From assembly GCA_963841855.1 (NCBI GenBank), contig CAWJEJ010000003.1:384946-448945 (forward strand): 64,000 bases of DNA, given 5' to 3'. Every line of letters begins with the position of its first letter. Position 1 is the first letter of the stretch. Under the pieces are notes generated by a model. That model saw nothing but the letters and a program-made list of their open reading frames with translations, was not told the origin of the DNA and did no database searches. Source of the stretch: Rhodothermales bacterium (GTDB taxonomy: Bacteria > Bacteroidota > Rhodothermia > Rhodothermales > BA12). This document shows, piece by piece, positions 18,539-27,081 of this stretch. The translations under genes and the position numbers were made by a program.

Positions 18539-19708
18539 CTAGTCACGAGCGATTTCAGGTCGTGCCGAGCCGCTGGCGACATGGAGCGGAAACGGCGTGT
18601 CGGCGTCCATGAGGAGGGTCTGGGTCGGATAGGCGAAACCGATGTCTGCGCTGGTGAACTGGGCAAACAGGTCAAGCAGGATGCCTTGCTTGGCGTCCAT
18701 GTGGGTGGTGAAGTCGGGCGAGAGCAGCCAGTAGACGATCTCGAAGTCGAGCGAGTAGGCTCCCATGCCCGCAAAATGCGCACGATCGAAGCGAACGAGT
18801 GGGCGCGGTTCGTCGCCGGACGACTCGACGATCTGGCGCAGCATATCGGGAATCGCTGCGAGAACGGCGGGCGGCGTTTGGTAAACGACGCCGACGGTTA
18901 GCACGACGCGGCGCTCTTCCATGCGCTGGTAGTTGCGGATGCGGCTCGCGAGCAGGTCTCCGTTCGAGAACACGATCTGCTCGCCGCCCAGGCTGAGCAC
19001 GCGAGTCGATTTGAGGCCGATGTGCTCGACCGTCCCCTTCTCCTCGCCGACGACCAGGAAATCACCGATCACGAACGGGCGGTCGAGGATGATCGAGAGC
19101 GAGGCAAAGAGATCGCCCAGAATGCTCTGCACGGCCAGACCGATGGCAATGCCGGTGATGCCAATGCCCGCGACGAGCGTCGTCACGTTGATGCCCGAGA
19201 GCGTGAGCAGCGCCAGCAGCACGACCGACCAGAGCGCGATCCGCAGCAGCACGCTCGCCGCCTGCATCGTCGTGACCGAAGCGGCGTCGCTATCGAGGTG
19301 CCGGCGGCGGTAGCCGGTCGACCACATGGCGATCACGCCATCGCCCCAACGCCCGATCTGCAAGGCGAGTGCAAATCCGAAAATCCACGCCGTGCCGCGT
19401 ACGCCGCGCCCGTCCCACACTAGTACGGCGGCTACGAGCAGCGCGGCGGCGAAGAGGAAGTAGTCGCGCGTGCGGTCGACGAGCAGTTCGGCGACGCGCT
19501 CGGCCCGGCTCTGCTGGGTCCGCTTCGTCCGGTCGATGACGGCGCTCATCGCCCTTCGGATAAGCCCCATCAGCGCCGTCGCCAGCACGACCCCGACGAC
19601 GAGCAAGAGCCACTCGGCAGCGGTCGCGCCCAGCCACGTCATTTCGCGCAGCGCGTCGGGCAGCAGAGTAGTAAGGTCGATCACGATGCGTCGGCAGAGT
19701 CGAGCCAT
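18539..19708 (-). CDS. MscS-family mechanosensitive channel
   Basis: INVTTLVAGIGITGIAIGLAVQSILGDLFASLSIILDRPFVIGDFL…GTVEHIGLKSTRV is the MscS pore helix plus beta domain. The alternative ATG at 19642 avoids the 28-nt overlap with the upstream gene. Confidence 0.85.
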   Translation of the reverse strand: MARLCRRIVIDLTTLLPDALREMTWLGATAAEWLLLVVGVVLATALMGLIRRAMSAVIDRTKRTQQSRAERVAELLVDRTRDYFLFAAALLVAAVLVWDGRGVRGTAWIFGFALALQIGRWGDGVIAMWSTGYRRRHLDSDAASVTTMQAASVLLRIALWSVVLLALLTLSGINVTTLVAGIGITGIAIGLAVQSILGDLFASLSIILDRPFVIGDFLVVGEEKGTVEHIGLKSTRVLSLGGEQIVFSNGDLLASRIRNYQRMEERRVVLTVGVVYQTPPAVLAAIPDMLRQIVESSGDEPRPLVRFDRAHFAGMGAYSLDFEIVYWLLSPDFTTHMDAKQGILLDLFAQFTSADIGFAYPTQTLLMDADTPFPLHVASGSARPEIARD

Positions 19709-20526
19709 AAGAGCGCGTCGGCCTCAGCGCCGGCGTCGAAGCGGCATACTTCGGCGGTTTGGAGACGCGACGACAGCGCGACCATCCCCGCAACCCACTC
19801 GGGACCGCCGACGAACGCGATACGCCGAATGCGGTCGGCATAGGGCGAAGAGCGGCGCATGTCGTCGGCGCTCCCGACATGCATCTGCTCACCGGGAATG
19901 CGCACCAGCAAGTCGACGCAGGCATGGGAGTGCAGTGCGCGTTCGATGGCGGCGTCGACTCGTGTGCGGTTGGACGCGCTCATCGGCCCGCGAGCGACGA
20001 GCACGACCAGATCGGTCCGGGGTGAGTCTACGATGCGGACACCGGAAGGGGCTGCTTTGCTCGGTTCAGGTTCGTGGTCGGTCGTGAGCCAGCGCATCGC
20101 GCCGCGTGCGTCGTAGAAATGCTGCATCGGCTTGCCCGTGACCAGACTCGCCAGGCCGAGCGGTCCGCGCAGCCAGTCGGGGCCGATCACGGCGTAGCGG
20201 TCCAGGCGCGAGAGCACGTCGCGTTCGAGCCGGAATAGTCCCGACGTGAGCGCACCTGCCGTCACGCGGCTCACCCGCTCGATAGAGACCAGTAGGCGAA
20301 TCGTATCGTGCGCTTCGACGTCCGTCCGCAGCGCGGCGACATCGGCGGCGGTGACGGGGCCGAAGACGGAGTATGCCAATACCGGGATGGCAGACGACGC
20401 GCTGGACACCTCGGACGAACGCAGCCGCCGGATACCCCGAGCGTGGGGCGGCTGGGTCGGTTCGGAGGCCGGATCGGGCGCGTTGGGACGGGCAGTCATG
20501 AGCGGAGGGGATGGGTGAACAGGCAT
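19681..20526 (-). CDS. two-domain STAS (SpoIIAA-like, DUF3478-type) protein
   Basis: ATG at 20526-20524 shares one base with the TGA of the patatin gene. Two repeats of the pattern xLAYxV.G.vt..D…IRLLV…RYAVIGPDW… / DLVVLVARGPMS…VDLLVRIPG…IRRIAFVGGPEW. Confidence 0.7.
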   Translation of the reverse strand: MPVHPSPPLMTARPNAPDPASEPTQPPHARGIRRLRSSEVSSASSAIPVLAYSVFGPVTAADVAALRTDVEAHDTIRLLVSIERVSRVTAGALTSGLFRLERDVLSRLDRYAVIGPDWLRGPLGLASLVTGKPMQHFYDARGAMRWLTTDHEPEPSKAAPSGVRIVDSPRTDLVVLVARGPMSASNRTRVDAAIERALHSHACVDLLVRIPGEQMHVGSADDMRRSSPYADRIRRIAFVGGPEWVAGMVALSSRLQTAEVCRFDAGAEADALLWLDSADAS

Positions 20527-22688
20527 CAAAACGAGCGGCCCAGACGGAACGTGAGGCCGGGTGTGCCTCTGGTGAGGCTGCCGCTGAGCAGCAACTCGAC
20601 CGGGCCAGCAGGCGTGTCGGTGCCCAGCGAAGCGGCGAAACCGGTGACAAAGTCGTCGGGGTCGAGCGACAGGTCGTTTCCCGCGCGTCCGGCGTCGAAC
20701 AGCAGGCGGACGAAGATCGACGGACGCGCTTCGACCATAATCCCAGCGGCGGCGACCTGAGCCGACGTGCCGAGCAGTTCTTGCTCGTCCGCGCCGTACA
20801 ACGCGACGAACCGGCCAGGCAAGACAGTGGGAACGAGCGCACCGCCAACGTAGGCGAGTTGATCGGGCGTCGGATCGCCCCATCCATAGACCGCCGTCGC
20901 GCGTCCGATCAGCGACACGCGCGGCGCAACGGGCAGCGCGCCGCTCAGCGAGGCGAACGTGCGTCCGAACTCGGCGCCCAATCCGGGTGACCACTCGGCC
21001 TGCGCCTCGAATCGGTGGCCTCGGCTGGCGAATGCGCTGCGGTCGCGCGTGTCGCTGGCGGCGAAGGCGCCAATCGAAGCGTACGTCTCGCTGATCCCTT
21101 CGACTCCCTCAGGTGCCACGTCCGGCGCGGCGCTAACGTAGGTGACGGCTGGGCCAAACCCGGTCAGCAGCGACTCGAACAGCACCGGCCCCGTATAGAC
21201 GCGCGCCGAAACCACCTCCAGCGCGCCCGAGGCGACGGCTCGATTGGCTCCGGCAAACACGTCGACGGGAACGGACGAGTAGCCCGCCGTGCCCGTAACG
21301 GTCCAGCGCGAGTCGATGCCCAGGCGGGTGAAGTAGAGCGCGCGCAGTTGGGTCTGGTCGCCCAGCCGAGCTTCGAGAAGGGCCGTGCTGCCGAAGCGCA
21401 GGCGATTTTGGAGAGTGAGCGTGAAGAGCAGCGCGGCGTCGTACTGCGTGTCGTAGCTGAACCCAAAGCCCAGGCGGTCTAGGGCCGCAGCGCGCACATC
21501 GAAGACCAGCGTGTTGCCCAGCGGCGTGGACTCGACGGAGTACGTCACCAGGTCGAACGCGCCGGTCGTGTAGACGCGTCGGACGGCAGCCGCGACTTCC
21601 GACTGGCCGACCATGCGTCCCTCGGGCGGTAGGTCGAACGCCAGGCGCGAGCGGACGAGGTCGCGCGCCTGCCCGCTGGCTCCCCGCACCTCGACGCGGC
21701 GGACGAGCAGCGGAGCGCTTTCGGGCGGCAGCGGGCTGACCGGCGTCCGACCGACGCGCTCGGCGAGGGCGCGTAGAGCCGGAAGCTGGGCACGCGCGGC
21801 CTCTTCTCCCCGCGCGATCCAAGACTCGGCCTGGTCGAACGCGAACGGCGACAGGCCCTCGACGTCCGGCTCGATCACCACGTCGCACAGTTCGCGCTGC
21901 TGGGCCGTGATCAGGTCGGCGGCGTAGAAGGCGGCGTTGACGAACACGTCGAAAAACGTCGGAGGCGCGTCACCCGCGTCGGCGGCTTTGGACACGTCGA
22001 CGCAGACGAGCACGTCGGCTCCGAGCGCCTGAGCGTCCTCGGCGGGCAGGTTGCGGATCAGGCCGCCGTCGATGTAGCGCGTGCCGCCGATCTCGACCGG
22101 GTCGAACAGGCTCGGAAGCGACATGCTGGCGCGGATGGCGAGCGGCAGCGATCCCGACGTGAGGCGCTCGGCCTCGCCCGTCTCGGTGTTGACGACGACG
22201 GCGGCGAACGGGCGCGGAAGCTGGGTAAAGTCGCGCGTCTGAGCGGCGGGCCACGTCAAGTCGGCGAGCAGTTCGAAGATGCCCTGACCCGCTACCAGAC
22301 CGGACGGAAGCGTCAACCCTCCGCCTTCGATGGGCAGCGAAACGAGCGTGCCTCCGGCTCCGACGCGCGTTTCCAAACCCGACTCGCGGCGGTCGACAGC
22401 GTCGATGAAGAGCGCTGTCCAGTCGCGCGACACGACCACTTCTTCCATCCGGTCGGGCGTGTAGCCCAGCGCGTACATCCCGCCGACGATGGACCCCATG
22501 CTCGTCCCCGTCACCACGTCGACCGGCAATCCCGCCTCTTCGATCAGCCGAATCGCGCCGACATGGGCGATGCCTTTGGCCGATCCGCCCGAGAGCACTA
22601 GCCCGACCGTCGGGCGCCGAGGAGCATCCGCGTTCGATTGAGCCAGCACCGAAGGCGCGATCAGCAGCAGAGCGAGAAGCCGAACCAT
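20526..22688 (-). CDS. patatin-like phospholipase fused to POTRA/Omp85 beta-barrel (PlpD-like, type Vd architecture)
   Basis: Signal peptide MVRLLALLLIAPSVLAQ. Patatin motifs LSGGSAKG, GTSMG and DGGLIRNLP. The C-terminal ~400 aa have an alternating beta-strand pattern ending in LTFRLGRSF. Confidence 0.85.
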   Translation of the reverse strand: MVRLLALLLIAPSVLAQSNADAPRRPTVGLVLSGGSAKGIAHVGAIRLIEEAGLPVDVVTGTSMGSIVGGMYALGYTPDRMEEVVVSRDWTALFIDAVDRRESGLETRVGAGGTLVSLPIEGGGLTLPSGLVAGQGIFELLADLTWPAAQTRDFTQLPRPFAAVVVNTETGEAERLTSGSLPLAIRASMSLPSLFDPVEIGGTRYIDGGLIRNLPAEDAQALGADVLVCVDVSKAADAGDAPPTFFDVFVNAAFYAADLITAQQRELCDVVIEPDVEGLSPFAFDQAESWIARGEEAARAQLPALRALAERVGRTPVSPLPPESAPLLVRRVEVRGASGQARDLVRSRLAFDLPPEGRMVGQSEVAAAVRRVYTTGAFDLVTYSVESTPLGNTLVFDVRAAALDRLGFGFSYDTQYDAALLFTLTLQNRLRFGSTALLEARLGDQTQLRALYFTRLGIDSRWTVTGTAGYSSVPVDVFAGANRAVASGALEVVSARVYTGPVLFESLLTGFGPAVTYVSAAPDVAPEGVEGISETYASIGAFAASDTRDRSAFASRGHRFEAQAEWSPGLGAEFGRTFASLSGALPVAPRVSLIGRATAVYGWGDPTPDQLAYVGGALVPTVLPGRFVALYGADEQELLGTSAQVAAAGIMVEARPSIFVRLLFDAGRAGNDLSLDPDDFVTGFAASLGTDTPAGPVELLLSGSLTRGTPGLTFRLGRSF

Positions 22689-22948
22689 AGGACCGGAGCA
22701 AGTGGGTGAGTGGTGCAGACAGCAGATTAGCCTGGGACACCCGGGCGCGTGGGTGAACACTCTGTCAGCACTGCGTCCACCCGCCTACCGCATCAGCGCG
22801 TGAGCCAGGCTGTTTAGCGCAACGGCCAGGCCGAAGCCGAGCAGGTTGGCCGTGAGGCCACGAGAACCGTGACGCAAAGGCGAAGATGGGAAAGTCATGA
22901 GGGATAGGAGGTTAGCGGATGGAAGAGCCGACGCTGAAGAACTCGGCG

Positions 22949-23062
22949 TCACGAGCGAGTGCGGCTGTGGAAGAGCAGCCAGGCGAGCAGGCCGAGGGCG
23001 CCCGCCACGACGACGGCTGGAATCGCGACCAGGATGTGGAGCATGACAGAGACGTAGAACAT
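22949..23062 (-). CDS. possible 37-aa single-TM small protein downstream of the RND pump
   Basis: MFYVSVMLHILVAIPAVVVAGALGLLAWLLFHSRTRS. By eye, G/C at third codon positions is clearly more frequent than in the overlapping plus-strand ORF 22919..23110. No homology is claimed. Confidence 0.35.
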   Translation of the reverse strand: MFYVSVMLHILVAIPAVVVAGALGLLAWLLFHSRTRS

Positions 23063-23143
23063 GACAGAGAGGGACAACGTCACCGGGCGATCCGCGCGTC
23101 GCCCTGGTGAGACCGGCGAGGCGAGCGCCCCGGATCGGGTGGT

Positions 23144-26100
23144 TTAGGCCGAGCGGACGGGCTGGACGGCAGGGACGGCGCCGGCGGGCATGCCGTCTCC
23201 ACCGCTGCTGGCGACTCGTACGTCGTGGGCGCTGGCCTTGCGGCGGGCGAAGAGGGCCGAGAGCGCACCGCCGAGCGAGTCGAAGATCGAGTAGAGGACC
23301 GGCACGATGACGAGCGTCAGGAACGTCGCGAACGTCAGGCCCGAGATGATCGTCGTACCCATCGGCCCCCAGAACTGCGTGTTTTCGCTGCCGAACTGGA
23401 AGGCCGGATCGAACGCGACGAGCAGGCCGACGAAGTCGACGTTGATGCCGAATGTGAGCGGAATCAGGCCGATGACCGTCGTCAGAGCCGTCAGCAGGAC
23501 AGGGCGCAGGCGTGTCGCCCCGGCTTCGATGATGGCCTCGCGCTTGTCCATGCCTCCGGCGCGCAGTTGCTGCGCGTAGTCGACGAGGACGATGTTGTTG
23601 TTGACCACGATGCCCGCCAGCGAGATCAGGCCGATGAACGTCATCAGGCCGAACGGCGTCTGGGTCAGGATCAGCCCGAGCAGGACCCCGATCAGGCTCA
23701 GCCCGACGGCGACCATGATCAGGAACGGCGGCGCGACCGAGTTGAACTGCGCGATCAGGATGAGGAAGATGAACGCGACACCAAGTAGCAGCGCGGTCGT
23801 GAGGAAGCCGAAGCTCTCGGCCTGGTCCTCATTCTCGCCCGTGTAGCGCAGCGTGTACCCCGCAGGCAGCGACTCGGCGAACTCGGCCATGCGCGCCTGA
23901 GCCAGCGGCAGCACGTCCGATGTCGCGTAGCCCGGCGCGGTCTCGCCCGAGAGCGTCACGACGGGGTCGAGGTCGAGGCGCGTGATCGAGCCGACGCCCG
24001 ACGAGCGGACGAAATCGGCGACCGATACGAGCGGCACGGTTTCGTCGCCCGAGCGGATGATCAGGTTGCGCAGCGCGCTCACGTCGTTGCGGTCGGCCTC
24101 GCGCAGGCGGACGGTCACGTCGTACTCGTCCTCGCCCTCGCGGTAGGTCGTCGCCTTGCTGCCGCTGACGGCGGTGCGGATGGCGCTGGCGATCTGCTGC
24201 GTCGACAGGCCGAAGCGGGCCGCGCGCTCCCTATCGATCACGATCTGCTCTTCGGGGCGCCCCGAGTTGACGTTGGTTTTGAGGTCGACCAGTCCGGCGA
24301 TCTCGCCGCTATCGGCGGCGCGCTGGAGGACCAGCCGGGCTTCTTCGCTGAGCGTGATGAGCCGGTCGAAGTCAGGCCCCGACAGCTCGATGTTGACCGG
24401 CGCTCCGGTCGAGGGGCCGCTTTCGCTCTGGTCGATGTCGACGCGGGCGCCGGTGATGCCCGCCAAGCCTTCGCGGATGGCCGCGACTGTGTTGACGGAC
24501 GACTCGCTGCGCTTGGCATAGTCGACGATGCCCAGCGTGATCTGGCTGCGGTCGGCCTGCGACGAACCGCCGCCAAACCCCGAGCTTCCGCCCACGCCGA
24601 CGTTGACGAGCGCGTTCTCGACGTTGTTCGACACGGCGGGCGACGAGGCGAGCAGGGCGTCGACGCGCTCCTGAGCCGTCAGCGCCAGACCGTTCGACGC
24701 TTCGAGGTTGGTGCCGATTCCGCCTTCGACCGTGATGCTGATCTGCGCCGGGTCGCTCGTAGGGAAGAACTCGACGCCGGTTGGTGCCAGCGCGTAAACG
24801 ATGAGGACGGCGAAGAACAGCCCGAGCACGCCCGAGAGCAGTCCGGCGCGGTTGTCGGTCAGGACCAGGCGCGAGCGGCCACGTCCGAGCAGCATTCCGG
24901 CCAGTCCGACGGCGACGACGAGGATCGGAAGCGACATCACGACGATCACGCTGTGCAGCTGCATCGCGCCGCCGACGAACGAGATCATGAGCGCCGCCAG
25001 AATGCCGACGCCGACGAACAGGCCCGCTTTGACACTCCTCGCGGCTCCCAGGAAGACAAGTTCGAGCGTGTGGAAAAAGACGCCCAGCAGCCCGACGACC
25101 AGCAGCAGCAGACCCGGCCCGAGCAGGATCCACGCTCCGGCACCAGCGAACGAGAACGCGGCTCCGCCCACGATGGACAGCAGCGCGCCCAGCGTCAGCG
25201 CGCCGACGGCTCCGACGTTGCGCAGGTAGGCGCGCTTGACGGTATAGTCACGCTCGAGCATCCAACTCAGCGCGCCCCGATAGAACTCGGACAGGCGCGG
25301 CAGCAGCGAGCCGGTGAACCAGTCGGCCAGCGGTTTGAGCGCCCACTTGTAGACGGCCCACACGATGGCGCCGCCGATGACGAGCACGCCCAGCGTGATC
25401 GGATTGACGACGGCCAGGAAGACGGCTGCGACGGCCATCAGCGCCAGCGATACGCGGCGTGTCCACGGGCTGGGCGTCGATCCTTCGCTCTCGGCTTCGT
25501 CGGCGTCGACGCGGACGAGGTAGCCGGTGATGACGGGGTTGATCAGCAGCGCAACGAACAGGCTCGACGTGAGCGTGACGATCAGCGTCAGCGGCAGGTA
25601 GCTCATGAACTCGCCGATCAGGCCGGGCCAGAACAGCATCGGCGCAAAGACGGCGACCGTCGTGGCGGTCGACGCGACGACGGCGGGGCCGACTTCCGCC
25701 GTTGCGAGTTTAGCCGCTTCCCATCGCTCGTGGCCTTCCTCGCGGAAGCGGTAGATGTTCTCGACGATCACGACCGCGTTGTCGACCAACATCCCCAGCG
25801 CGATGATGAGGCTGAACAGCACGACCATGTTGAGCGTCGTGCCCATGATCAGGAAGACGATGAACGAGAGCAGCATCGACAGCGGAATCGCCACGCCGAC
25901 GAGCATCGCGTTACGGACGCCGAGGAAGAAGAGCAGCACGATCACGACGCAGAGGACGCCCGCGATGATGTTGTTCTCGAGGTCAGAGACCAGCGTTTTG
26001 ACCTGCTCGGACTGATCGCCCGTGATCAGCACCTGCGTCCCGGTCGGCAGCGCGTAGCCGCCCAGAAGCGTGCGTACTCTTTCGGCGATGTCGATGATGT

Positions 26101-27019
26101 TGCCGTCGGCGCGCTTCTTGACGTTGAGCGAGACGACCTGGGCGTAGCCGGTATCGTCGGTCTGGACTAGGTCGCCGTCCTCGTTTTCGCGCTGCGTCAC
26201 GCGAAGCCGTGCATAGGTCGAACGTTCCTGAAAGCCGAACGCGACGGTCGCCACGTCGCGGACATAGACGGGCGTGCCGCCGGGCGCCGCTACGACGAAG
26301 TCTTCGATGACGCGGGGATCGCGGATCGTGCCGTCGACGCGCACCAGCACGCTCGACCGCGCCTCGTCGATGGTGCCCCCGGGAATGTTGGCGTCTTCGG
26401 TGCGGATGGCCGTGATCAGGTCGTCGAGCGTCAGGTCGTAGGCGTCGAGCGCGACCCGGTCGGCGTTGACCTGCACCTCGCGTTCGAGTCCGCCGACCAG
26501 GTCGACTTCGAGCACGCCCGCCAGCGCCTCGATCTCGTCCTGCAAATCCTCGGCGACCTCTTTCAGACGCGAGAGCGGATAATCTGCCGCCAGGTTGACC
26601 GTCATGATCGGAAATTCGGACAGGTCGATTTCGGTGACGATGGGGTCTTCGGCGTCGGCGGGAAGCTCGGACTGCGCCAGGTCGATGGCGTCGCGGACGA
26701 GCTGCTTGGCTTCGGTCAGGTCGACGTCGCCCGTGAACTCGGCGACGACCGACGAGACGCCTTCGCTGGACGTGGAGCGGACTTCGTCGAGTCCGCTGAT
26801 GCCCTGGATCTCCTGCTCGATGGGCAGCGTGACGAGCGAGGCCACGTCGGTCGGGCTGGCGCCGGGATAGATCGTCGTCACGATGATCTGCGGGATCGTG
26901 ATCGACGGGTTGGACTCTTTGGGCAGCGAGACGTAGGCGTAGAACCCACCCGCGAACAGGAGCAGCGTGAGCACGATCATGCTCGTGCGGTACGCGATAG
27001 CGGTGTTGGTGATTTTCAT
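23144..27019 (-). CDS. RND efflux permease (AcrB/HAE1-like), unusually long at 1291 aa
   Basis: Full-length RND pattern (N-terminal TM1 IAYRTSMIVLTLLL, two large periplasmic loops, conserved TM4/TM10 regions). There is an extra hydrophobic insertion between TM6 and TM7 (roughly nt 24790-25510). Confidence 0.9.
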   Translation of the reverse strand: MKITNTAIAYRTSMIVLTLLLFAGGFYAYVSLPKESNPSITIPQIIVTTIYPGASPTDVASLVTLPIEQEIQGISGLDEVRSTSSEGVSSVVAEFTGDVDLTEAKQLVRDAIDLAQSELPADAEDPIVTEIDLSEFPIMTVNLAADYPLSRLKEVAEDLQDEIEALAGVLEVDLVGGLEREVQVNADRVALDAYDLTLDDLITAIRTEDANIPGGTIDEARSSVLVRVDGTIRDPRVIEDFVVAAPGGTPVYVRDVATVAFGFQERSTYARLRVTQRENEDGDLVQTDDTGYAQVVSLNVKKRADGNIIDIAERVRTLLGGYALPTGTQVLITGDQSEQVKTLVSDLENNIIAGVLCVVIVLLFFLGVRNAMLVGVAIPLSMLLSFIVFLIMGTTLNMVVLFSLIIALGMLVDNAVVIVENIYRFREEGHERWEAAKLATAEVGPAVVASTATTVAVFAPMLFWPGLIGEFMSYLPLTLIVTLTSSLFVALLINPVITGYLVRVDADEAESEGSTPSPWTRRVSLALMAVAAVFLAVVNPITLGVLVIGGAIVWAVYKWALKPLADWFTGSLLPRLSEFYRGALSWMLERDYTVKRAYLRNVGAVGALTLGALLSIVGGAAFSFAGAGAWILLGPGLLLLVVGLLGVFFHTLELVFLGAARSVKAGLFVGVGILAALMISFVGGAMQLHSVIVVMSLPILVVAVGLAGMLLGRGRSRLVLTDNRAGLLSGVLGLFFAVLIVYALAPTGVEFFPTSDPAQISITVEGGIGTNLEASNGLALTAQERVDALLASSPAVSNNVENALVNVGVGGSSGFGGGSSQADRSQITLGIVDYAKRSESSVNTVAAIREGLAGITGARVDIDQSESGPSTGAPVNIELSGPDFDRLITLSEEARLVLQRAADSGEIAGLVDLKTNVNSGRPEEQIVIDRERAARFGLSTQQIASAIRTAVSGSKATTYREGEDEYDVTVRLREADRNDVSALRNLIIRSGDETVPLVSVADFVRSSGVGSITRLDLDPVVTLSGETAPGYATSDVLPLAQARMAEFAESLPAGYTLRYTGENEDQAESFGFLTTALLLGVAFIFLILIAQFNSVAPPFLIMVAVGLSLIGVLLGLILTQTPFGLMTFIGLISLAGIVVNNNIVLVDYAQQLRAGGMDKREAIIEAGATRLRPVLLTALTTVIGLIPLTFGINVDFVGLLVAFDPAFQFGSENTQFWGPMGTTIISGLTFATFLTLVIVPVLYSIFDSLGGALSALFARRKASAHDVRVASSGGDGMPAGAVPAVQPVRSA

Positions 27020-27081
27020 GGCAGAGTGGGTAGAGAGCGGAGCGAGGGTACGGCGTGGCCTTGGATTGGCGAGCGGTCGGG

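Noticed and set aside
22919-23110. Plus-strand 63-aa acidic ORF (…DQDVEHDRDVEHDREGQRH…) preceded by AGGAGG 7 nt upstream of its ATG.
   Set aside because: The Shine-Dalgarno-like box is tempting. However, by eye its third-position G/C use is clearly lower than that of the overlapping minus-strand hydrophobic ORF. Its repeat (DRDVEHDR) is just the antisense of the 18-bp tandem duplication, and it lies antisense to the surrounding operon. It is kept only as an alternative to the small TM ORF.
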